A stretch of DNA of 64,000 nucleotides, taken from the IMG/VR virus record IMGVR_UViG_3300030099_007635, positions 32,001 through 96,000 of that record; one strand, written 5' to 3'. A program made the position numbers and the translations under genes. Shown here one piece after another: positions 37,928-48,000 of this stretch (the stretch's first letter is position 1; the number at the start of each line of letters is the position of its first letter). The DNA is from a virus. The notes beneath the pieces are model-generated. The model was given only the letters and a program-made list of their open reading frames with translations. It was not told the DNA's origin and did not search any database.

Positions 37928-38313
37928 TGCCTATATATGTTTATAAACATCCCGAACAAGAAGAATACCGTGAGGTGTTTCAGGGGATGAATGATGAACA
38001 TGTTTATTCTGAAGGGGGCGTTGAGTGGCAGAGAGTTTTTTTGTCGCCCAACGCCTCCGTTAGCACATCAATTGACCCTTTTAATAGGCAACAGTATATA
38101 GATGCCACCTACCAGAAAAAGGGGACGGTGGGAGACATGATGGATCTATCGGCAGAGCTTAGTGCAAAAAGAGCCGAAAAGACTGGGGGCAAAGATCCAA
38201 TAAAGGAAAAATTCTACGACAACTATGCCAAAGAAAGAGGTGGCGCGGAACATCCTCAAAGGATCAGAGAGCAGGGCTACGAAAGCAAAAATGTCAAAGT
38301 AGACTACGATTAA
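37927..38313 (+). CDS. FmdB-like protein lacking the zinc cysteines
   Basis: MPIYVY..E..EVFQGM..WQRVF..P. Confidence 0.55.
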   Translation: MPIYVYKHPEQEEYREVFQGMNDEHVYSEGGVEWQRVFLSPNASVSTSIDPFNRQQYIDATYQKKGTVGDMMDLSAELSAKRAEKTGGKDPIKEKFYDNYAKERGGAEHPQRIREQGYESKNVKVDYD

Positions 38314-40268
38314 AAAGGAGGATATCTCTTCAGATTAAGGTGGTTTAAACTCTTTTCTGTTAAGGTATATCCTGTGCTGATTCCCTGCGCCGAATCAACT
38401 GATGCAATAAGCCCATTAATGGTAGAAATATATGAATGGTATGCTGGAGATGAAGAGACTGTGAACCAAGAAGTAATTAAAACGGGTTCTCCATCTATAA
38501 TGATAAAGAGGGGGTTTCCTGAATCTCCCGATTCTAAATCCTCTGCTATCTCATCATATGGAGCGGGGACTAGAGATCCATCAAAATAAGTAATGACCTT
38601 TGAGTCTCCTGCTCCCGCTTTGGTCACTTGGAAAAATAAGCCCTTTTTTTCATGATCGAAGCCCACACATATTGGTCTAGCGTTCTCATCTATATTGCCA
38701 ACCGCATCTCTATCAAAATAACTTTCAAAATCAGAAGGAACAACCTTAACGGGTTTTATGGTCGAAGGTAACGGTGTGTCCAGTAGAGCAACTGCAATAT
38801 CCGTAGATCCATCAGAAGCCACTCGCGACACATTCCTATGAATCCAAGTTCCATCTGGTTCTACAAACGATATTCCGTCAGCAGTGCTTAATGGAAAGTG
38901 CTTGGCCATCACTATGTGTCTTGGCGTAACAGCGGTTGCTCCAATCATTCTAAAATCCCCTCCAAATCCTCTGTTGTTCCAAACGGAGACTGCTGTAAAA
39001 TCAATATCCTTGCCCCAAAAAGCGACATTGCGACTGGCATTCCAGCCGCCCGCCTCTAAGTTTCCATTGGGATCAGTGAAGCCCTCTAACATTGAGCCAT
39101 TTGTGGCCATACTCATTGAATCATCAAAATGTTGGTTAATTTGACCTTTTGTATATCCAGCTAGAGACTCCTGTGTGTTTCCTGATATCTGCAAACCTCC
39201 TGGGTTGGGAGACACTTGAAACGCAAATGAAGCATTCATGAGCATTCGATCATTTACATCCATGCTATAGTCGTAAGACTGAAGTTTTGCGTCTTCAATT
39301 TTGTAGGTAAGAAACTTGCCGCTTGCTTCTAGGGTTAAGTCTAAACTATAACCAGACTCAGAATTAACGATTCCGCTTAAAAACCCTGATTCGAAACCTG
39401 AAACCAAAGAGGAAACGCTGAGAGAGCCGACAGCAGGAAGTAGCATTTTTCTTTCGTAAACATAATCGCTTCCTAAGCCATAGGCTGCGTTGCGGCTTAC
39501 CCCTATATCTAGCTGAACGGACTGCAAAAGATGCCCCTCGCCCAAGGGTTGCCCTCCCACCTGTAAATTTTGAAGGGTTACGGCGCTGCCAGTTTCAGCA
39601 GGATTCGTAATTACTGGAGCGGAAGCAAATTCCTGAATACCAGATAGAGTCAGTTCACCCACCTGATTTGCGTTGCCGCTTGCAAGATTAATAGCTGGCG
39701 AACCAACCTTTGTTCCTGTTATGTTCTCATACTGCATATTGGAACCAACAAATTGAGCCTCTACGACAGGAAGCGCTCCAACAGCATATGAAAGAGAGTA
39801 GTTTGTTAAAAAACAATTGCCAACTGAAGCGCATTCATAACCACTAAAGTTAAGGCTATCTCCAGCCGAAAAGCCAGATAAGGCATTGTAGCCCTCCTCT
39901 GGTCTGGTAAAAATATAAAAATTCCTAGAAGCGTTCTCAAGACCCGAAAACGCTGCTTGGGAAACAATAGTGTCCGTGGGGCCACTATTTAAATCCGCTA
40001 GATTTACCAAGCCCTCATTGAAGAATGGGTAACTCGGAATATAACTAAGAGACAAACCTACATCGGGTTGTCTGTTTAGAGAATCTACAGAATAATGACT
40101 AGACCCCAATTGTTTGGCCGTATTACGATCAAGAGAGACATTAAATGATGAACCTTGAATAACAGACATTATTGATCCTGTCGTCACGCCAATATAAAAA
40201 GCATCCGTGGACGCAAGTTGTTCACAGGCGATAAAACAATTGTTACTTCTAAAAGCGTTGATGGCCAT
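38310..40268 (-). CDS. Tail-tube-like protein fused to a trypsin-like serine protease domain
   Basis: N-terminal ~360 aa aligns with 53299..54453; C-terminal TPRHIVMAKH, TDIAVALL, GDSGNP. Confidence 0.8.
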   Translation of the reverse strand: MAINAFRSNNCFIACEQLASTDAFYIGVTTGSIMSVIQGSSFNVSLDRNTAKQLGSSHYSVDSLNRQPDVGLSLSYIPSYPFFNEGLVNLADLNSGPTDTIVSQAAFSGLENASRNFYIFTRPEEGYNALSGFSAGDSLNFSGYECASVGNCFLTNYSLSYAVGALPVVEAQFVGSNMQYENITGTKVGSPAINLASGNANQVGELTLSGIQEFASAPVITNPAETGSAVTLQNLQVGGQPLGEGHLLQSVQLDIGVSRNAAYGLGSDYVYERKMLLPAVGSLSVSSLVSGFESGFLSGIVNSESGYSLDLTLEASGKFLTYKIEDAKLQSYDYSMDVNDRMLMNASFAFQVSPNPGGLQISGNTQESLAGYTKGQINQHFDDSMSMATNGSMLEGFTDPNGNLEAGGWNASRNVAFWGKDIDFTAVSVWNNRGFGGDFRMIGATAVTPRHIVMAKHFPLSTADGISFVEPDGTWIHRNVSRVASDGSTDIAVALLDTPLPSTIKPVKVVPSDFESYFDRDAVGNIDENARPICVGFDHEKKGLFFQVTKAGAGDSKVITYFDGSLVPAPYDEIAEDLESGDSGNPLFIIIDGEPVLITSWFTVSSSPAYHSYISTINGLIASVDSAQGISTGYTLTEKSLNHLNLKRYPPF

Positions 40269-40269
40269 T

Positions 40270-41241
40270 TTATGTTCCTGTTGGGATTACGCCAAGAGGA
40301 TCTTCTATAAGAGTTGCTCTGAGCGTGTGAGAATTGTAAGAATTCCACTCATGTGTCCATTCTGGGCAATAATAAACCTTGGGGCGGTTGTATACTGAGG
40401 GAATTTGATGCTCAAACCTACGATATGCGGCTTTATTCTCTAAAAAGAAAAGCATAGATTTAAGCTGTTGGTCTGTAATGTTTGTAAAAGTATAATCTAT
40501 GTTGAATGTTGATATGTTGTCGTTGGATTTTATTCTTTGAACAAAAGAATTTGTGAATTCTAATTTATCTACTTTGATTTTAACATCATTCTGAGTTCCA
40601 ATATCTGGCTCAAAAAAGAACTCCTTAGTCCATAGAGGATTGTTTCCAGTAGGGCTATTGTCTTCTGATGAAGTGTGATCTCCGCTACAATAGTAAAAGT
40701 TATCCAGCTTATTTCCATTGGTTGTCCCATTGGGGTTTCTTCCTGTATATATTACATCATACTTTTGATAAGTTGTAGAAGGAGTCCAGCCCCTAAATGG
40801 AACATTGGCAAAATTACCACCAGACCAATTCAACAAGGTGGGAGCGTGATCTACACTAATTTTAGCAGCTACTTCAAAGTGTTGATTATTAATAAAATTA
40901 ATTGCATAATTATCGCAAAAACCAGAAACAGTTTTGTAAATACCAGAATTGTCGGGGGTAAATTCTAAAGGATTTTGTCCAGATTTACTTTCAAAAAATG
41001 TAGCCAGTCTTCTGGCTCCACTTTCGTTAGTATCATATCTAACCGAAAACTCACAAGTTAAACTATTAAGCGATAAAGGTATTATATTATTATAAAAATC
41101 ATCGGTAGGATATTGATGATTAGCCCCCTTAAAATCCACCTTAGATCCATAAACAGGAGTAAAGTCCATTCCCGACAATTCAGGGGTAACGGATATACCT
41201 GAGATGTTTGAATCTCTATTATAGAATAAACTTTCGCTCAT
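40270..41241 (-). CDS. Minor/distal tail protein (lambda gpM-like, duplicated)
   Basis: Two repeats: FFESKSG..LEFTP..C and FLENKAA..FEHQIP..C..W; downstream of the tape measure. Confidence 0.6.
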   Translation of the reverse strand: MSESLFYNRDSNISGISVTPELSGMDFTPVYGSKVDFKGANHQYPTDDFYNNIIPLSLNSLTCEFSVRYDTNESGARRLATFFESKSGQNPLEFTPDNSGIYKTVSGFCDNYAINFINNQHFEVAAKISVDHAPTLLNWSGGNFANVPFRGWTPSTTYQKYDVIYTGRNPNGTTNGNKLDNFYYCSGDHTSSEDNSPTGNNPLWTKEFFFEPDIGTQNDVKIKVDKLEFTNSFVQRIKSNDNISTFNIDYTFTNITDQQLKSMLFFLENKAAYRRFEHQIPSVYNRPKVYYCPEWTHEWNSYNSHTLRATLIEDPLGVIPTGT

Positions 41242-42050
41242 TGATGACCTATATAGCTAAGAGTTAAACGTAATGTCCCATCAGCAGAAGAGGTTAAATT
41301 TTCTCCCACCAGAGATGCGTTAGGAATAGTAAGGGATTGAATCTCGGTTCCATCTCTACCATTAATACCAAATGTAACAGTTCGATCATCTTTCCCATTT
41401 TCAAAAAAACTATATCCGCTTTCCATAAAAACGTCATCCACCTCCAACTGAACGCTGGCGGTATATTGAATTGGAGAAATATGTTTTACTTCTACTGGAT
41501 CTTGAGATCCTATTGTGTAATAAGGAATCTTGTTGGATGTTAGTGAATAATCAAAACCTATAACTCTATTGCTGGTAGTTTTATCACAGGTAGCGGTTAT
41601 TGAGCCTTGACTTGGTATGAAAATGTCTGTGGTCTGCTCTCCACTTGCATTAATTCCGCTTCTCATTTCATCATAGACAGAGAAACTAGCATTAACAGTA
41701 GGTATTGTTCCTACTGCACAATTAACTGAGTAAGAAGTAAGGTATCCACTAAAAAATCCGTATGATGTATTATTATCATAATTAAAACTCCCCTTCATTA
41801 CGTTGTCTCCCGTAAAATCCAATATCGGATCGTCGTAAATTAGATCACGCGAAAAAGAAACACCTTGCTGGCTTGGGCCGCCTACTGTGGTTAGTCCGTT
41901 TTTATATCCAAGAGGATTTGTTACATTGGCGCTATTTTGATAAGATATTTCTAAAGACTTAACCCCAGACAACTCTCTAGCTGATGGGCTTCCTCCCTCA
42001 AATCCAGAAATAAAAAAATGAGATTCGTAATTTAGCTTTGATCCATACAT
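41238..42050 (-). CDS. Tail-tube-like paralog (tube initiator or distal tail)
   Basis: YLTSYSVNCAVGTIPTV matches YISDYSIDLSVGSLPTA in 53299..54453. Confidence 0.6.
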   Translation of the reverse strand: MYGSKLNYESHFFISGFEGGSPSARELSGVKSLEISYQNSANVTNPLGYKNGLTTVGGPSQQGVSFSRDLIYDDPILDFTGDNVMKGSFNYDNNTSYGFFSGYLTSYSVNCAVGTIPTVNASFSVYDEMRSGINASGEQTTDIFIPSQGSITATCDKTTSNRVIGFDYSLTSNKIPYYTIGSQDPVEVKHISPIQYTASVQLEVDDVFMESGYSFFENGKDDRTVTFGINGRDGTEIQSLTIPNASLVGENLTSSADGTLRLTLSYIGHQ

Positions 42051-45000
42051 TACGCCCTAGCCTGTCTTAATGATCCACCTAATCTTTTTTCTTCGTCAAT
42101 AACCTGTCTAACAACGTCTCTGATCCTTACCGCCAAGGCTTGTTGATCTTCATCTACATTGCCATCTTGGTTTGTTGAGCCATCAGAATTAACAGTAATA
42201 TTAATAACGCTTTCACCGCCGTTTTCAGAAACATCAATAAGCTCGTCCAACCTTTCGACAACATCGCGATTATTCCCCCCTGCCCCAGAGTTTAAAGCTG
42301 CAAGGTTTCCTCTACCCACTCGCTCAGTAGCTGCGGCATTCATGACAAATTCACCACCAGACAACATAGTCGGCACAGTGTCTACTCCAGCCGCATAAGG
42401 AACCTCACCACCTGTAGCCCTTTTATCAATTCCTGGGATACTTAACCTCTGCCCAAAACGCTGGCCCGCATCATAAGACCTCGACCAAAAATTAAAAAGC
42501 CTGTTGTTGCTCTCACCCATTCTAGTGAAAATGTTGCCCAAGCCTCCACTCGACGCGCCACCTGCTCCACTAAGCTCGCTCGGATCTACAGGAATAGCTT
42601 TAAGAACTCCTGTTTGATTTGGATTTGGTTTTGGTGTTCCCAAGCCCTTTGTTGCGAAGCCAATTCCTGCTGTGACCACGGCTGCTACAATAGCTCTCCG
42701 CAAAGCTTTCTTTTGTTCTTCTGCTCTTCTTTCTAGCTCTCTTTCATATTCATCTTGTCTCTTCCATAAACCAAAAGCATCTTCTTTTGATTTTTGTTCT
42801 TCTCGGGAAGCTACAGTGTTTGCTATTCCGTATTGGGTAAGTCTAACACTTTGAGGTTCTAGATTTACAGAGGCAAAGTTGGCTCCGCTTCGAATTACAT
42901 CCTGCGCTCCTGTTGTTCTGCTTTGAGTTGCAAAGCGCATTAAGTTATCCTTACCCACAATTGACTCTTGCCCGTATGTTCCTGGGGTGAATAATCCACC
43001 TACAGCCATTGTTTGGATAGCTCCCCTGTTAAGCGCTGACATGAAATCGACACCATATTTTGATACAGCGTCCCTACGCATCACAAACTCGCCCCCTGTG
43101 AGCATAGTCGGAATATCATCTCTTACTCCCGAACCACCAGTTATCATCCCTCCACTATTAGCCGCCCCAAACAGCGATCCAATCCCAGAGGTTAAATTGC
43201 TCATCGCGGCTCTCATATTTGCTCGCGCCATATCTAAAAAGAAATCTGCCGCAGCCATTCTAAGAGTTTCTCCTAAATTTTTTCCTTTAGCAATCGCATC
43301 GACTAGTCCATCTGAAATTTTATTAGTGAAAGACTTAGCCGCCGTAACTAGTTCTGTGGTTAAGTTGTTTTGAATTTCTTGTTTACTAAAAACAAAAGCA
43401 TCTTCCATCTTCGCAGCAATAGTTTCGTTGACATCGGCTCGCTCTTTTTCTATCTCAAGAAGCCTTCTCTCTGCCGCTTCTAACTGCTCTACATTAAGAG
43501 TTCCATTTCTTTGAGCCTCCGCTATCTCTTGTCTTATTCTCTCCTCTTCTATTAACATGGGAAGAGTTCTTTCAATTTGCCTACTTTCGGATCTTGTTCT
43601 AGCCAAAAACATTTGATCCTTCGCTTCTTTAAGTCGAGTGTCTCCTGTAATTTTAGCCAAAGCCAAAGCTCCTTCTGGAGTGCCTTCTAAGCGTCTACTC
43701 TTATCAGTATCTAACTGTGTAATTATCTCCCCTCTAAGGTCTCTAGTTGTTAATAAATTTACTTTTAATTGCTCTGCCTGTGAGCTTAAGCTCTTTGTAA
43801 ACTCACCAAGAAGTTGCAGGTATGATTTAAATTTTCCAACATTGTCTTTTCTCCTCTTTAAAAGCAATTTTTCCTGATCTGCTTCTACCTGCGCCAAACC
43901 AGCCCTTCCAACTCCCTGTTCTCCCACCACAATAGCTTTTTCTACTAAATCTCTATCTTTTTCATCAAGCTTATTTTCGCCTACAACACCTTTAACCCTC
44001 CTGACTCCTATTTGTTTATTTGTTTTTTCATCAAAAATTTTCTCCAAGGTGGGGATCTCACCAAAGTCTACTTCCTCGCCACTCAACAGTCTTCTCAATT
44101 TAGCTATTCCCTTTCCTAGTGCCTCTATTCCACCCTCATCAACTAATTTGTTTATCTCCTTAATGCTTTCCGCAGTAAGCGTTCCGCTTTCTTCTAGTTC
44201 GTCTACTTCATCCCTAAACTTTCTTATTGCTGTAGCCTCGGCCTCCTCTACGCCTAAGTCTGCAAGGGCTTTTTCAAATCCTAATTTTTGAGCAGCCTTG
44301 GATTCTTCGCTAGCACCAAATTGTGTATCTACGGCATTAAGGGCAAACTGTAAAGCTTGCCTTCTTGCCTCAAAACCAAGATCCTCAATTCCCTCATCCC
44401 TAGAGCGTTCAGTTGCCCTATCTCTTTTGCGGTTTTCTAGTTCTTGGTTTATTTCAAACTCTATTTTCTTTTGTTGTTGACTTATAGTTAAAACTTTTTT
44501 CTTTGCATCAAATTCTTTAGTTATTAATTGACCCCTCTTAGTCATTCTTTCCAACGAAGCATTAATAATATCCGCATCATCTGAATCTATAGAAGCTATA
44601 CTCCTTGCAATGCTTAATCGGTTTTGTTCTGAGGTTATTTGTTCTAAAGTTAGACCATTGATGTTGTCTTCTATAATTTGAAGTGACTGTTTATTTGTTA
44701 CTAAATTTTTTATTTTATCTACTTGTGCATCTATAAGCTTTGACTGTTCGCCCTGCTCCTGTTTCCTTAGGGCATCTCGCTGTAATCTTTGTTCATCTAA
44801 GAAAAGCTGTTCCTCACTCGTTTGCTTATTAGCCTTCCTTGCTGCTATTTGCAATTCTACATCGCTAGCAATTTGTGATTCTATTCTGGAGATTTCTAGT
44901 GCGGTTTTAAGTCTATCTTTAGCAATACTAGATCTGATTTGATCTATTTTTTGGTCTTTTTGAACCCTATCTTGGCCGAATCCACTTCTAAATCTTTGTT

Positions 45001-48000
45001 CTGCTCCAGCGATTACAACGTCAGGATTAACATTCTCTTCTAGAGCACGTTCTCTGAGTTGCTTTTCTAATCCAAAACGAAGACTTGTCGCTCTCGACCC
45101 AGGAGCAACTCCTGCGGATTTTGCCTTATCTTCAAGAGCTATCAGTTCTATAAATTTGTCCTGATCTTCTGCGGAGAGTCCAGTCGTAACTCTGTTTATG
45201 GTTTCTTGTGCATTAACTTGCTCCCTGAGAGCCTTCATTTCTGCCATGAAGGGATCAATATCCTCTTTAGGATCTAGTTTGTCTTTTCCTCCTCCCCTCG
45301 CAGCCAGTCTGTCTATAGCCGCTTGCATCGCCTCTTCCGAAACACCTTGTTGTGCCGTCATTTCGATGGAAGAGGTAATGTCTTTCCATATTTGAGAATC
45401 CCTACCTCCTTTAATTGCTCCACCAATTCCTTTCCACCACGCCGATCTCGCGTCTTTCTGTGTCGCCACAAACTCTTTTGCTCTTTCAGACGCGCCTTCT
45501 TTTATATCTTCTTTTAACTCGGGGGGAATTTTTAAAGAATTAAGCTCTCTAGCTGTATTTTTAGTGGCTAATGCTAAGTCTTCAGCATTTTTTGCTACTG
45601 TGGCATTGGCTCCACTGCTTTCATCTGTATATTTCTTAAAAGCAATCAGTGCAGTAGCGGCAAGACCAACTGGACCCAGAAAACGGAGCATTACTCCCGC
45701 TCCCTTTGTTAAAGCTCCACCTAACACCTTCATTCCCCCCATGAGTGGTCGCGCTGATGTTCCAGCCATTTTAAAACCTGGGCCAGTTAACGAAGACGCT
45801 GGAACCATCCTCCCAGGAGTTGACTTAAACATAGACATTCCGCTTCCCATCAGTCTTGATCCGAACCCTGCGACTTTGCCCGCCGTTCCCTTAGCTGCTC
45901 CAAATGATAGAACTTTTCCTAATCCCCCCAGAACACCTCCTAAACCCCCAGGCATCATCATGGCAACACTAGCTGCAATAACTGCCCCATTTAATATTTT
46001 CATTGAAGCCGCAACCTTCTCATTCTCCCCAGTTAAACCTCCCAACATTCCACTAGCCATTTGTATGACAGTAGTAAACAATAGAAGTTTTCCAACCGCA
46101 TCACTCATGCCCCCTTTGAAACCTTCCATGTCGCCACCTGCTCCTGTTGGAGCTTTAGCAAAATTAGGAACCGCACCCGTAGGCTCATCTCTAGTATTGG
46201 TAACTGCAAGACCTAATGGGTTTCTTGCATTTCTAAGGCCAGCATCTTGGTTAATTCTTATCTGATTAATTGGAAGCCCCGCACCTCTTTCTCTTTCGAT
46301 AGCCATATCGAGAGGGCTTATTGCAAAGTTAGGAATATATCCTGAAGCTGCGGTTTTACCACCGCGCTGTTTTCTTAGCTGTGAGAGTGTAGGAAATCCT
46401 GCTTTAGTAGCTTGTGTCGAAATATACTGTTTATCACCCCTCAAGGCTTTAGAGATAATTGTTTGCACAGCTTCATTTGTAGCTGTTCTCTTTGCGTCAG
46501 CCCTAAACATTCTTCCTTTTGATCCAACAAATTGCCATGTATCCATGAACTGCTTACTTGCGGGACCAGTCTCCTCAAAATCAAACGGAGTTTGTTCTGT
46601 GGTATGGTTTTTAAATTCGTCAATAGCTTTAGCGCCTTTTGTTACAACCCTTATAGCTGCTTCAAAAATACCACCTTCAACTGCACTCGGAAAGAGGTTA
46701 ACTCCCCCACTCGACTTGGATACCTTAGTAACCGCATTTGAAAGTTTTGTTGCCTCATCATTACTAAATGTGGAACCTATCAGCTTGTGGCCATATTGAG
46801 CTAAAGGATTAGCAAAAAGTTGAGCTATTAAATTTCTGTTCTTTCTGGGACTATGAGGACTTTTCTTTCTTAGTCCTGTTTTAAAATCATTTTCTAAATC
46901 ACGAACTTGAATGCCCTGAAATCTGATCCCAGTTACTCCCCTCTTTTTTAAAACCTTTGCCAAGGGAGCGGTAAGAGTATCTATGTTTGCAAAGGAAGTG
47001 TCTGTTTTTTTACTAGAAAACATAGCGGCAACGCCATATTTACTAGCGTCAACAACCAACTCTCCTCTTTTTTGTGGGTTGGCATTTCCAGAAGCTAAAG
47101 CTTTTTTAACTTGAGATCCATATACTACTTTATCTCCGATCCTATAACTGTCAGTGGTCCCAACTCTTGCACCCTGCAAGGTTCCCGCAGCTTGCATATT
47201 GCGAATCGTCTGATTGAGGCTAACAGCAGCAAAATTAGGTATATATCCCTGCGCCCCTCTTATTGCCCTGCCCCCACTTGGCATTCCCATGGAGGCAATC
47301 ATGTCTTGATTGAAGATAGCTGAACCTCCACCAGCATAATTAGGGACAAGAACCTCGCTTGTGTTGGCTATCATCGTTCCCTTTTGACCACCCCCAAAAT
47401 TGAAATTGGGAATAGCTACGGGTCGCGCTGATGAGGGCGCTCCACCAACACCCTTAGCAATATCCATTTTTTCCTGACTATAACCTCTTACGGCATTAAA
47501 ATTGGGAATTTCTGGACCATAACCCCTCACAGCATTAAAGTTAGGAATTTCTGGACCATAACCTCTTACTGCATTAAAGTTAGGAATATATCCCCCTGCC
47601 CCTCTTCCTCCACGAATTCTAGAAGTTCCACTTAAAACCCCAGGAGCCACTCTTGCTGCAATCGCTTGCATACGAGTCATTACCGCCAACTGTTCATTTA
47701 AAGCGGTTGTAAAAAATTTAGTTTGGGCGGCTCTTTTTTGCTCAACACTTAGAGTGCTGTTTTCAATTCTTAAAATTTGATCTTGAATTGTTTTATTACC
47801 CAATAAGGTCGAAGCTATTTGTCCTTGAATGGCGGCTTGATCTTTAGCTGTTTTGTTTAACCCAAAGAAAGTCTGCAATGAGATTGTTCCAAACTTTACT
47901 AAGTCAATGGTCAACTTGGCAATAATAGCCCCGAAGATAGCCAACCCAGGTCCACTTAAAACATTACTAATTCCTTTAACTATACCTCTAGCAAAATCGC

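Noticed and set aside
47481-47587. Tandem repeat as a CRISPR array
   Set aside because: No spacers, in-frame within the tape measure, synonymous variation, no cas operon
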